Assembly: GCF_004376175.1 (NCBI RefSeq) | Contig: NZ_SNUY01000021.1 | Coordinates: 25,295 to 57,294 of the forward strand | From: Halalkalibacterium halodurans | GTDB taxonomy: Bacteria > Bacillota > Bacilli > Bacillales > Bacillaceae_D | Direction of reading: 5' to 3' | DNA: 32,000 bases | Shown here: piece by piece, positions 1 through 9,521 of the stretch | How the letters are laid out: each line of letters starts with the position of its first letter | Position numbering within the stretch: the stretch's first letter is position 1 | Notes under the pieces: generated by a model | The model's database searches: none | What the model saw: the letters and a program-made list of their open reading frames with translations, nothing else | What the model was told of the DNA's origin: nothing | Made by a program: the position numbers and the translations under genes

Positions 1-1
1 G

Positions 2-580
<579 letters not shown>

Positions 581-585
581 TCAGC

Positions 586-609
586 TGAAAGGGGAGCAGT
601 CCCCTTTCA
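586..609 (+). other. Stem-loop in the rpoB-rpoC spacer
   Basis: TGAAAGGGG (586-594) pairs with CCCCTTTCA (601-609), a 9-bp stem with a 6-nt loop. The 3' tail has only a weak T run, so this is more likely a processing/pausing element than a full terminator. Confidence 0.4.
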
Positions 610-669
610 CTTGCTCTTTAAATTCGTTACCTGCTTTTGGACATGGAAATCATAAGGGAGGTTGGCCCC

Positions 670-3600
670 TTGATAGACGTAAACAATTTTGAGTACATGA
701 AAATTGGTCTTGCTTCACCAAATAAAATTCGTTCTTGGTCTCGCGGCGAAGTGAAAAAGCCGGAAACCATTAACTACCGTACCCTCAAACCAGAAAAAGA
801 CGGGCTTTTCTGCGAGCGTATTTTCGGTCCGCAAAAGGACTGGGAGTGTCACTGTGGAAAATATAAGCGCGTTCGCTACAAAGGGGTCGTTTGTGACCGT
901 TGTGGTGTTGAAGTCACGCGGGCGAAGGTTCGCCGTGAGCGGATGGGTCATATTGAGCTAGCAGCACCTGTCTCTCATATTTGGTACTTTAAAGGAATCC
1001 CAAGCCGAATGGGGCTTGTTTTGGATATGTCTCCACGATCACTTGAAGAAGTCATCTACTTTGCTTCTTATGTAGTGACAGATCCAGGGGATACACCACT
1101 TGAAAAGAAACAATTACTTTCTGAAAAAGAATTTCGCGCGTACTTAGATAAATATGGCCGCTCATTTACAGCGCAAATGGGGGCGGAAGCGATTCGTAAG
1201 CTGCTTATGGATATCGACCTCGATAAAGAAGTCGATGGGCTAAAAGAAGAGCTTCAAACAGCGCAAGGCCAACGCCGGACACGTGCAATTAAACGACTGG
1301 AGGTGCTTGAAGCATTTCGTAACTCTGGAAATGAACCTTCTTGGATGATCCTTGATGTTCTTCCGGTCATTCCACCAGAATTACGTCCAATGGTTCAGCT
1401 TGATGGGGGGCGCTTTGCAACCTCTGACCTCAACGACTTATATCGTCGCGTGATTAACCGGAACAACCGGTTAAAGCGTCTCTTAGATCTAGGCGCACCA
1501 AGCATTATTGTGCAAAACGAGAAGCGTATGCTGCAAGAAGCGGTTGACGCTCTCATCGATAACGGTCGCCGTGGTCGCCCTGTGACAGGTCCTGGTAACC
1601 GCCCACTTAAATCTCTTTCTCATATGTTGAAAGGGAAGCAAGGGCGCTTCCGTCAAAACCTTCTCGGGAAGCGTGTAGACTACTCGGGTCGTTCCGTTAT
1701 CGTCGTAGGTCCGAACTTAAAAATGTATCAGTGCGGCCTGCCAAAGGAAATGGCGCTTGAGCTGTTCAAGCCATTTGTCATGAAAGAGCTTGTTAGCAAA
1801 GGGTTAGCACATAACATTAAAAGCGCGAAACGAAAAGTGGAACGGGTACAACCAGAGGTATGGGACGTTCTTGAAGAAGTTATCAAAGAGCATCCGGTTC
1901 TTCTTAACCGTGCACCGACCCTTCACCGTTTAGGAATCCAAGCGTTTGAGCCGACACTCGTGGAAGGTCGTGCGATCAAGCTGCATCCGCTTGTATGTAC
2001 AGCGTATAATGCCGACTTTGACGGGGACCAAATGGCGGTTCACGTCCCGCTATCAGCAGAAGCTCAAGCTGAGGCGCGGATTTTAATGTTGGCTGCGCAA
2101 AACATCTTAAACCCGAAAGATGGAAAGCCGGTTGTTACGCCGTCACAAGATATGGTTCTTGGGAACTACTATTTGACGATGGAGCGTGAAGGTGCAAAAG
2201 GCGAAGGTTCTGTATTTAAAGATACGAACGAAGCTTTAATCGCGTACCAAAACGGCTATGTTCATTTGCATACGCGGATTGCGATTCCTGTTGCTTCTTT
2301 AGGGAAAACGACATTTAAAGAAGAGCAAAACTCTCAGTTGTTGTTAACAACGGTTGGAAAGCTTATTTTTAATGAGATTTTACCTGAATCGTTCCCTTAT
2401 GTGAATGAGCCAACTGCTCATAACTTAGAGGTGGAAACACCGAGCAAGTATATGGTTCCGACTTCAACCAATGTGAAGGAACTTTTCCAAGAGCGTGATG
2501 TAGTCGCTCCATTTAAGAAAGGATTCCTTGGAAACATCATTGCTGAAGTGTTTAAGAAGTTTAAGATTACCGAAACGTCTAAAATGCTTGACCGTATGAA
2601 AGACCTCGGGTTTAAATACTCAACGAAAGCTGGTATTACGGTCGGTGTTGCCGATATCGTAGTCCTGCCAGAGAAGAAGGAAATTCTTGCTGAAGCTGAG
2701 AAAAAGGTTGATCGTGTGCTTAAGCAATTCCGCCGTGGTTTAATTACGGAAGAAGAGCGTTATGACCGTGTCATCTCCATCTGGAGTGAAGCGAAGGATG
2801 TCATTCAAGATAAGTTGATGGGCTCCTTAGATAAACGCAACCCGATCTTTATGATGAGTGACTCTGGTGCCCGTGGTAACGCCTCTAACTTTACACAGTT
2901 AGCAGGTATGCGTGGGTTAATGGCGAACCCGTCCGGTCGAATTATCGAACTTCCAATTAAATCAAGCTTCCGTGAAGGGTTAACCGTCCTCGAGTACTTT
3001 ATTTCGACTCACGGTGCCCGTAAAGGTCTTGCCGATACAGCCCTTAAGACAGCTGACTCTGGTTACTTAACACGACGTCTTGTTGACGTTGCCCAGGATG
3101 TCATCGTTCGCGAGGATGATTGTGGTACGGATCGTGGCTTAGAAGTGGAAGCCATTAAGGAAGGGAACGAAATCATTGAAGGTCTTTACGACCGACTTGT
3201 TGGCCGCGTAGCCTTTAAGACGGTTCGTCACCCTGAAACCGGTGAGCCGATTGTAAAGAAAAACGAGCTAATTCACGAAGATCTCGCAAAGGAAATTGTT
3301 GAAGCTGGAGTTGAACAAGTAACGATTCGCTCTGTCTTCACATGCGATACACGTCACGGTGTATGTAAAAAATGCTACGGCCGCAACCTTGCAACAGGTA
3401 GCGATGTAGAAGTTGGCGAAGCGGTAGGTATCATCGCAGCTCAATCGATCGGTGAACCAGGAACGCAGTTAACGATGCGTACGTTCCACACCGGTGGGGT
3501 TGCGGGAGACGATATTACTCAAGGTCTTCCGCGGATTCAGGAGCTATTCGAAGCTCGTAATCCAAAAGGGCAAGCGGTTATCACCGAGATTGAAGGGGAA

Positions 3601-4290
3601 GTTACCAACATTAATGATGCAGATAAGCGCGAAATTACGGTCAAAGGTGAAATGGAGACGAAAACTTACTCCATTCCTTACGGCGCTCGTATTAAAGTAG
3701 AGCTTGGCGAGCAAGTCGTTCCGGGACAGAGCTTAACTGAAGGGTCTATTGATCCGAAAGAGTTGCTGAAAGTTCAAGGGATGACAGGTGTTCAAGAATA
3801 CTTGCTTCGTGAAGTACAAAAAGTATACCGTATGCAAGGGGTAGAAATTGGCGACAAGCACGTAGAAGTGATGGTTCGTCAAATGCTACGTAAGATTCGC
3901 GTTATTGATGCAGGGGACACAGAAGTGTTGCCAGGCTCTCTAATTGAGATCCAACACTTTAATGATGAGAACAAAAAAGTTCTCCTTTCAGGAAAACGCC
4001 CTGCAACCGGTCGCCCAGTCTTACTTGGAATTACGAAAGCATCCCTTGAAACAGACTCGTTCCTATCAGCCGCATCGTTCCAGGAAACGACGCGTGTTCT
4101 TACCGATGCAGCCATTAAAGGGAAAAGAGATGAGCTTGTTGGCCTAAAAGAAAATGTCATCATCGGGAAGCTCGTGCCAGCAGGTACAGGTATGAACCGT
4201 TACCGTAACTTAGACATTGTGTCCGATTATGACCAACAAGCCGTTGGTACCGAAGAAGCAGTGATGGAAGAAGCGGTAACGACAGAATAA
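670..4290 (+). CDS. rpoC: RNA polymerase beta' subunit
   Basis: Track ORF 637..4290. It has the [12 protein letters not shown] catalytic motif and an N-terminal zinc-binding CHCGKY...CDRCG. I placed the start at the in-frame TTG at 670, since (L)IDVNNFEYM matches the Bacillus RpoC N-terminus. That TTG lies 8 nt after SD AAGGGAGG (654-661). TTG 637 is the longest-ORF alternative. Confidence 0.97.
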   Translation: MIDVNNFEYMKIGLASPNKIRSWSRGEVKKPETINYRTLKPEKDGLFCERIFGPQKDWECHCGKYKRVRYKGVVCDRCGVEVTRAKVRRERMGHIELAAPVSHIWYFKGIPSRMGLVLDMSPRSLEEVIYFASYVVTDPGDTPLEKKQLLSEKEFRAYLDKYGRSFTAQMGAEAIRKLLMDIDLDKEVDGLKEELQTAQGQRRTRAIKRLEVLEAFRNSGNEPSWMILDVLPVIPPELRPMVQLDGGRFATSDLNDLYRRVINRNNRLKRLLDLGAPSIIVQNEKRMLQEAVDALIDNGRRGRPVTGPGNRPLKSLSHMLKGKQGRFRQNLLGKRVDYSGRSVIVVGPNLKMYQCGLPKEMALELFKPFVMKELVSKGLAHNIKSAKRKVERVQPEVWDVLEEVIKEHPVLLNRAPTLHRLGIQAFEPTLVEGRAIKLHPLVCTAYNADFDGDQMAVHVPLSAEAQAEARILMLAAQNILNPKDGKPVVTPSQDMVLGNYYLTMEREGAKGEGSVFKDTNEALIAYQNGYVHLHTRIAIPVASLGKTTFKEEQNSQLLLTTVGKLIFNEILPESFPYVNEPTAHNLEVETPSKYMVPTSTNVKELFQERDVVAPFKKGFLGNIIAEVFKKFKITETSKMLDRMKDLGFKYSTKAGITVGVADIVVLPEKKEILAEAEKKVDRVLKQFRRGLITEEERYDRVISIWSEAKDVIQDKLMGSLDKRNPIFMMSDSGARGNASNFTQLAGMRGLMANPSGRIIELPIKSSFREGLTVLEYFISTHGARKGLADTALKTADSGYLTRRLVDVAQDVIVREDDCGTDRGLEVEAIKEGNEIIEGLYDRLVGRVAFKTVRHPETGEPIVKKNELIHEDLAKEIVEAGVEQVTIRSVFTCDTRHGVCKKCYGRNLATGSDVEVGEAVGIIAAQSIGEPGTQLTMRTFHTGGVAGDDITQGLPRIQELFEARNPKGQAVITEIEGEVTNINDADKREITVKGEMETKTYSIPYGARIKVELGEQVVPGQSLTEGSIDPKELLKVQGMTGVQEYLLREVQKVYRMQGVEIGDKHVEVMVRQMLRKIRVIDAGDTEVLPGSLIEIQHFNDENKKVLLSGKRPATGRPVLLGITKASLETDSFLSAASFQETTRVLTDAAIKGKRDELVGLKENVIIGKLVPAGTGMNRYRNLDIVSDYDQQAVGTEEAVMEEAVTTE

Positions 4291-4320
4291 AAGTTTTTCA
4301 TAACCTTTACAAAGAAGTGG

Positions 4321-4349
4321 TTGACACGTAAAATACACGATGATATGAT
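4321..4349 (+). promoter_or_regulatory. Candidate sigma-A promoter of the ybxF-rpsL-rpsG-fusA-tuf (str) operon
   Basis: TTGACA (4321-4326), a 17-nt spacer, then TATGAT (4344-4349), preceded by TG at 4341-4342 (extended -10 TGnTATGAT). Confidence 0.6.
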
Positions 4350-4396
4350 ATCTGAGTGTGCCTAGGAGAATACCTGTAACTTTGGAGGATCGATCC

Positions 4397-4645
4397 ATGT
4401 CTTATGAAAAAGTTTCGCAGGCTACGGACTTAGTCATAGGTACGAAGCAAACTCTTAAAGCGCTTGAGCAAGAAGAGGTGCTTGAGGTCGTCATTGCAAA
4501 AGATGCGGAGCCCCGCGTTGTCAATAAAGTAGAAGCAATGGCAAGTGTTAAGCAGATCCCTATCATCTATGTCGATTCGATGAAAAAGCTTGGGAAAGCT
4601 TGTGGGATCGATGTTGGTGCAGCCACTGTAGCATTGAAAAAGTAA
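4397..4645 (+). CDS. ybxF: L7Ae-family ribosome-associated protein (YbxF/RplGB-like)
   Basis: MSYEKVSQATDLVIGTKQTLKALEQEEVLEVVIAKDAEP...MKKLGKACGIDVGAATVALKK resembles B. subtilis YbxF. ATG 4397 lies 7 nt after GGAGGA (4384-4389). The track start at 4358 is an over-extension. The position between rpoC and rpsL is conserved. Confidence 0.9.
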   Translation: MSYEKVSQATDLVIGTKQTLKALEQEEVLEVVIAKDAEPRVVNKVEAMASVKQIPIIYVDSMKKLGKACGIDVGAATVALKK

Positions 4646-4649
4646 TAAT

Positions 4650-4685
4650 GTTTTTGCCTTGCGGAGCACTCCGCTAGGCAAAAAC
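4650..4685. other. Long near-perfect palindrome/stem-loop between ybxF and rpsL
   Basis: GTTTTTGCCTTGCGGA-GCAC-TCCGCTAGGCAAAAAC forms a 15-bp stem with one T/T mismatch and a 4-nt loop. The T run is 5' and the A run 3' of the GC core on both strands, so it is not a canonical terminator. Confidence 0.6.
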
Positions 4686-4761
4686 TTTACTTTTACTTAA
4701 AAATGAACCACCAGGATCAGTGGTCTTGAAAAACACTGTTAAGGAAGGGAGGAAAACATAG

Positions 4762-5181
4762 ATGCCTACAATTAATCAGCTAATCCGTAAAGGACGTAAG
4801 GCTAAGGTGAAAAAGTCCGACTCACCTGCGCTTAATAAAGGCTACAACAGCTTCAAAAAAGTGCAAACAGACTTGTCTTCTCCGCAAAAACGCGGTGTTT
4901 GTACGCGTGTCGGTACGATGACACCGAAGAAGCCGAACTCAGCGCTTCGTAAATATGCTCGTGTGCGTCTATCGAACCAAATCGAGGTAACAGCGTACAT
5001 CCCAGGAATCGGACACAACCTCCAAGAGCACAGCGTTGTGCTTATTCGCGGAGGCCGTGTAAAAGACTTACCAGGGGTACGTTACCATATCGTTCGTGGA
5101 GCTCTTGATACGGCTGGTGTTCAAGATCGTATGCAAGGTCGCTCAAAATACGGTACGAAACGTCCAAAAGACAAGAAGTAA
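4762..5181 (+). CDS. rpsL: 30S ribosomal protein S12
   Basis: 139-aa ORF starting [13 protein letters not shown] and containing ...[10 protein letters not shown].... SD GGAAGGGAGG lies upstream. Confidence 0.98.
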   Translation: MPTINQLIRKGRKAKVKKSDSPALNKGYNSFKKVQTDLSSPQKRGVCTRVGTMTPKKPNSALRKYARVRLSNQIEVTAYIPGIGHNLQEHSVVLIRGGRVKDLPGVRYHIVRGALDTAGVQDRMQGRSKYGTKRPKDKK

Positions 5182-5227
5182 TGGTTGGATAAAACAATTT
5201 GTTTAAATGTTGAAAGGAGGGGAAACA

Positions 5228-5698
5228 ATGCCTCGTAAAGGACCTGTCGCACGTCGCGATGTATTACCAGATCCAATTTACAATTCTAAGCTTGTTACTC
5301 GCCTCATTAACCGCATCATGGTTGATGGAAAGCGCGGGATTGCACAAAAGATTTTATACAATGCGTTTGAACTTGTTAGAGAACGTAGCGGAAAAGATCC
5401 TATGGAAGTGTTCGATCAAGCGTTAAAGAACATCATGCCTGTTCTTGAAGTTAAAGCACGCCGTGTAGGTGGTGCCAACTATCAAGTACCAGTGGAAGTG
5501 AAGCCTGAGCGCCGCACGACATTAGGACTTCGTTGGTTAGTGAACTACTCTCGCCTTCGTGGTGAAAAAACGATGGAAGAGCGTTTAGCTAACGAAATTC
5601 TAGATGCTGCAAACAACACAGGTGCCGCTGTGAAGAAGCGTGAGGATACTCACAAAATGGCGGAAGCGAACAAAGCGTTTGCACACTATCGTTGGTAG
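5228..5698 (+). CDS. rpsG: 30S ribosomal protein S7
   Basis: [29 protein letters not shown]... is 156 aa from ATG 5228, after SD AAAGGAGGGG. The track start at 5207 is an over-extension. Confidence 0.98.
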   Translation: MPRKGPVARRDVLPDPIYNSKLVTRLINRIMVDGKRGIAQKILYNAFELVRERSGKDPMEVFDQALKNIMPVLEVKARRVGGANYQVPVEVKPERRTTLGLRWLVNYSRLRGEKTMEERLANEILDAANNTGAAVKKREDTHKMAEANKAFAHYRW

Positions 5699-5714
5699 GA
5701 TCAAGTTAAGATAT

Positions 5715-5755
5715 TTGTTCAAAAAGAACGGCTTCAAGCCGGCCTTTTTGAACAA
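5715..5755 (+). terminator. Hairpin with T tract between rpsG and fusA (attenuator or partial terminator)
   Basis: Perfect 12-bp outer stem TTGTTCAAAAAG/CTTTTTGAACAA encloses a CGGC-TTCAA-GCCG core. The GC core is followed by CTTTTT on the + strand. Confidence 0.45.
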
Positions 5756-5807
5756 TTCTACATTTCAATAAATCTAATCTTATGAACGCAGGAAGGAGAA
5801 ATAACAG

Positions 5808-7886
5808 ATGGCAAGAGAGTTCTCCTTAGAAAATACGCGTAATATCGGGATCATGGCTCACATCGATGCCGGTAAGACAACAACAACAGAGCGGATTTTG
5901 TTCTACACAGGACGTATCCATAAAATTGGTGAGACTCACGAAGGTGCTTCTCAAATGGACTGGATGGAGCAGGAGCAAGAGCGTGGAATCACGATCACAT
6001 CTGCTGCAACAACAGCTCAATGGAAGAACAATCGTATCAACATCATCGATACTCCTGGACACGTAGACTTTACCGTTGAGGTTGAACGTTCTTTACGTGT
6101 ATTAGATGGAGCTGTTGCGGTACTTGATGCTCAATCAGGTGTTGAGCCGCAAACAGAGACAGTTTGGCGTCAAGCAACAACTTACGGTGTTCCTCGTGTC
6201 GTGTTCGTTAACAAAATGGACAAAACAGGAGCAGACTTCTTATATTCCGTAAGCACTCTTCGTGACCGCCTTCAAGCAAATGCGCATCCGATCCAACTAC
6301 CAATTGGTGCGGAAGACAATTTTGAAGGAATCATCGACTTAGTTGATATGGTCGCTTATTTCTATGAAGATGATCTCGGAACAAGAACGGAAGCGAAGGA
6401 AATTCCTGACGAGTATAAAGAGCAAGCGCAAGAGTATCATGAGAAACTAGTGGAAGCTGCTGCTGAACTAGATGAAGAACTCATGATGAAATACTTAGAA
6501 GGAGAAGAACTTACAAAGGAAGAATTAAAAGCTGCGATCCGTAAAGGAACGTGTAATGTAGAATTCTACCCAGTCCTTTGTGGTTCGGCATTTAAGAACA
6601 AAGGTGTTCAGCTTATGCTAGACGCTGTTCTTGATTACCTCCCTTCTCCACTTGATGTACCTGCAATTAAAGGCCATGTTCCAGATACAGAAGAAGAAGC
6701 TGTTCGTAAACCTGGTGACGATCAGCCGTTTGCGGCGCTTGCGTTTAAGGTTATGACAGACCCTTATGTTGGTAAGCTTACGTTCTTCCGTGTATATTCT
6801 GGAACGCTAGATTCAGGATCATACGTTAAGAACTCGACAAAAGATAAGCGTGAGCGCGTCGGTCGTATCCTACAAATGCACGCGAACCACCGTGAGGAAA
6901 TTTCGACAGTTTACTCTGGTGACATTGCAGCAGCCGTAGGTTTAAAAGATACGTCTACAGGCGATACACTTTGTGACGAAAAGAATCTTGTTATTCTTGA
7001 GTCTATGGAGTTCCCAGAGCCTGTTATCCACTTGTCCGTTGAGCCTAAGTCAAAAGCCGACCAAGATAAAATGGGCTTAGCGCTTGCGAAGCTTGCTGAA
7101 GAGGATCCAACATTCAAAACACACACAGATGAAGAAACTGGGCAAACGATCATTGCTGGAATGGGTGAGCTTCACCTAGACATTATCGTTGACCGTCTTC
7201 GCCGTGAGTTTAAAGTGGAAGCGAATGTTGGTGCACCTCAAGTTTCTTACCGTGAAACGATTCGTCAAGCAGCTCAAGTCGAAGGTAAATTCGTACGTCA
7301 ATCTGGTGGTCGTGGTCAATACGGTCACGTGTGGATTGAATTCTCTCCTAACGAAGAAGGTGCCGGTTTCGAATTTGAAAATGGTATCGTCGGAGGGGTA
7401 GTACCAAGAGAATACATCCCATCTGTTCAAGCTGGTCTTGAAGAAGCACTTGAAAATGGTCTTCTTGCAGGTTACCCAGTGATTGACATTAAGGCGAAGC
7501 TTTTTGATGGTTCTTACCATGATGTCGACTCAAGTGAGATGGCGTTTAAGATTGCTGCTTCTATGGCACTTAAGAACGCAAAATCAAAATGTAACCCAGT
7601 TCTTCTTGAACCAATGATGAAAGTGGAAGTCGTTGTACCTGAGGAGTACATGGGTGACGTTATGGGTGACATCACTTCACGCCGTGGTCGCGTAGAAGGT
7701 ATGGAAGCTCGCGGTAATGCTCAAGTGGTTAAAGCATTTGTTCCTCTTGCTGAAATGTTCGGTTACGCAACCTCTTTGCGTTCTCGTACACAAGGACGTG
7801 GAACTTACACAATGTTCTTCGATCACTACGAGGAAGTACCTAAGAGCATTTCTGAAGAAATTATTAAGAAAAACTCTGGTGAATAA
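5808..7886 (+). CDS. fusA: Elongation factor G
   Basis: 692 aa with the [20 protein letters not shown]1 motif, DTPGHVDF and NKMD. Confidence 0.98.
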   Translation: MAREFSLENTRNIGIMAHIDAGKTTTTERILFYTGRIHKIGETHEGASQMDWMEQEQERGITITSAATTAQWKNNRINIIDTPGHVDFTVEVERSLRVLDGAVAVLDAQSGVEPQTETVWRQATTYGVPRVVFVNKMDKTGADFLYSVSTLRDRLQANAHPIQLPIGAEDNFEGIIDLVDMVAYFYEDDLGTRTEAKEIPDEYKEQAQEYHEKLVEAAAELDEELMMKYLEGEELTKEELKAAIRKGTCNVEFYPVLCGSAFKNKGVQLMLDAVLDYLPSPLDVPAIKGHVPDTEEEAVRKPGDDQPFAALAFKVMTDPYVGKLTFFRVYSGTLDSGSYVKNSTKDKRERVGRILQMHANHREEISTVYSGDIAAAVGLKDTSTGDTLCDEKNLVILESMEFPEPVIHLSVEPKSKADQDKMGLALAKLAEEDPTFKTHTDEETGQTIIAGMGELHLDIIVDRLRREFKVEANVGAPQVSYRETIRQAAQVEGKFVRQSGGRGQYGHVWIEFSPNEEGAGFEFENGIVGGVVPREYIPSVQAGLEEALENGLLAGYPVIDIKAKLFDGSYHDVDSSEMAFKIAASMALKNAKSKCNPVLLEPMMKVEVVVPEEYMGDVMGDITSRRGRVEGMEARGNAQVVKAFVPLAEMFGYATSLRSRTQGRGTYTMFFDHYEEVPKSISEEIIKKNSGE

Positions 7887-8010
7887 TTTTTGCTAGAGAT
7901 TGTTTCAACAATGGTTTTGTTGTAAGCTAAGAAAGGTGATATTCTGAGGGTATCCGCCTTTCTTACCCATAAAATTTTCTATTTTGTTTATCTAAGGGAG
8001 GAAAAGATTC

Positions 8011-9201
8011 ATGGCTAAGGAAAAATTCGACCGTTCCAAAACACATGCCAACATTGGTACAATTGGACACGTTGACCATGGTAAAACAACGTTAACTGCT
8101 GCAATTACAACTGTTCTTGCTAAGCGTAGCGGAAAAGGTGTAGCGATGGCATATGACGCTATCGATGGTGCACCAGAAGAGCGCGAGCGCGGTATCACAA
8201 TCTCAACTGCACACGTTGAGTATGAAACTGACAACCGTCACTACGCGCACGTAGACTGCCCAGGACACGCTGACTACGTTAAGAACATGATCACTGGTGC
8301 TGCACAAATGGACGGCGGGATCCTTGTTGTATCCGCTGCTGATGGTCCAATGCCACAAACTCGTGAGCACATTCTTCTTTCTCGCCAAGTAGGTGTACCA
8401 TACCTTGTAGTATTCCTTAACAAGTGTGACATGGTAGACGATGAAGAACTACTTGAGCTTGTAGAAATGGAAGTGCGCGATCTTCTTTCTGAGTATGACT
8501 TCCCTGGTGATGACGTACCAGTTATCCGTGGATCTGCTCTTAAAGCACTTGAAGGAGATGCTGAGTGGGAAGAAAAAATCATCGAGCTTATGGCTGCTGT
8601 TGATGATTACATCCCAACTCCAGAGCGTGACACTGAAAAACCATTCATGATGCCAGTTGAGGATGTATTCTCTATCACTGGTCGTGGTACAGTTGCTACT
8701 GGTCGTGTAGAGCGTGGTCAATTAAACGTTGGTGACGAAGTTGAAATCATCGGTCTTGAAGAAGAAGCGAAGAAAACAACTGTTACTGGTGTTGAAATGT
8801 TCCGTAAGCTTCTTGATTATGCAGAAGCTGGTGACAACATTGGTGCCCTTCTTCGTGGTGTAAGCCGTGAAGAAGTACAACGTGGCCAAGTACTTGCTAA
8901 GCCTGGTACAATTACTCCACACACAAACTTCAAAGCTGAAGTTTACGTTCTTTCTAAAGAAGAAGGTGGACGTCACACTCCATTCTTCTCTAACTATCGT
9001 CCGCAGTTCTACTTCCGTACAACTGACGTAACAGGTATCATTCAACTTCCAGACGGCGTTGAAATGGTTATGCCTGGAGACAACGTTGAAATGACAGTAG
9101 AACTAATCGCACCAATCGCGATCGAAGAAGGTACTAAGTTCTCTATCCGTGAGGGTGGACGTACTGTAGGTGCTGGCGTTGTAGCTTCTATCCAGAAGTA
9201 A
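8011..9201 (+). CDS. tuf: Elongation factor Tu
   Basis: [33 protein letters not shown]..., with DCPGHADY and NKCD. SD AAGGGAGG lies upstream. Confidence 0.98.
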   Translation: MAKEKFDRSKTHANIGTIGHVDHGKTTLTAAITTVLAKRSGKGVAMAYDAIDGAPEERERGITISTAHVEYETDNRHYAHVDCPGHADYVKNMITGAAQMDGGILVVSAADGPMPQTREHILLSRQVGVPYLVVFLNKCDMVDDEELLELVEMEVRDLLSEYDFPGDDVPVIRGSALKALEGDAEWEEKIIELMAAVDDYIPTPERDTEKPFMMPVEDVFSITGRGTVATGRVERGQLNVGDEVEIIGLEEEAKKTTVTGVEMFRKLLDYAEAGDNIGALLRGVSREEVQRGQVLAKPGTITPHTNFKAEVYVLSKEEGGRHTPFFSNYRPQFYFRTTDVTGIIQLPDGVEMVMPGDNVEMTVELIAPIAIEEGTKFSIREGGRTVGAGVVASIQK

Positions 9202-9214
9202 TGGCGATATAGAT

Positions 9215-9230
9215 AAGAGGCTGGGACAAA
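9215..9230. repeat. Left terminal inverted repeat of the IS
   Basis: Exact 16/16 reverse-complement match to 11182-11197. Confidence 0.8.
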
Positions 9231-9248
9231 ACCCGGTAAATAAAAAAT

Positions 9249-9299
9249 AGAGAGGCACTCATCCCAATAAGTTTGGGTGGGTGTCTCTCTTTCCTTTTT
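9249..9299 (+). terminator. Strong intrinsic terminator just inside the IS left end
   Basis: AGAGAGGCACTCATCC (9249-9264) pairs with GGGTGGGTGTCTCTCT (9275-9290): 16 bp including 3 G-U pairs, with a 10-nt loop. It is followed by TTCCTTTTT. Confidence 0.65.
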
Positions 9300-9325
9300 A
9301 TGCTCTGCTAAACTTTGTTGTTGAT

Positions 9326-9440
9326 TTTCGCTACAGGATGCTCGCTTGCCTCGGGCATTGCCTCAGCTTCCTCGGGAAAACCGCCCTGCGGGATCTTCGC
9401 CGAATGCTTTTCCCGAAGGCGTCTCGCTCCTTTCGCTACA
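9326..9440. repeat. 95-bp GC-rich palindromic cassette flanked by the 10-bp direct repeat TTTCGCTACA
   Basis: TTTCGCTACA occurs at 9326-9335 and again at 9431-9440. The 95 bp between them are about 63% G+C by my count, against AT-rich flanks. Inner stem CCTCGGGAAAA (9370-9380) pairs with TTTTCCCGAAGG (9408-9419). The outer flanks GTTGAT (9320-9325) and ATCAAC (9441-9446) are inverted. Confidence 0.6.
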
Positions 9441-9453
9441 ATCAACTAATTTG

Positions 9454-9484
9454 TTGAAACCTAAAGGACACCTTCTGGTAAAAT
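9454..9484 (+). promoter_or_regulatory. Candidate transposase promoter
   Basis: TTGAAA (9454-9459), a 19-nt spacer, then TGgTAAAAT (9476-9484, extended -10). The spacer is longer than optimal. Confidence 0.3.
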
Positions 9485-9521
9485 TAAAGTAACCACACAA
9501 TAACTTACCGGGGGTGTCCTT
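9464..9521 (+). promoter_or_regulatory. Fold-back hairpin able to sequester the transposase RBS
   Basis: AAGGACACC (9464-9472) pairs with GGTGTCCTT (9513-9521), a 9-bp stem. The 3' arm covers the GGGGGTG SD and abuts ATG 9522. Confidence 0.4.

Noticed and set aside
4338-4358. Box C/D-like GATGA...CTGA words upstream of the L7Ae-family gene, which could suggest a K-turn autoregulatory site.
   Set aside because: The words overlap the -10 element, so they mostly precede the predicted transcription start. There are no flanking complementary stems to form a K-turn. This is probably chance.
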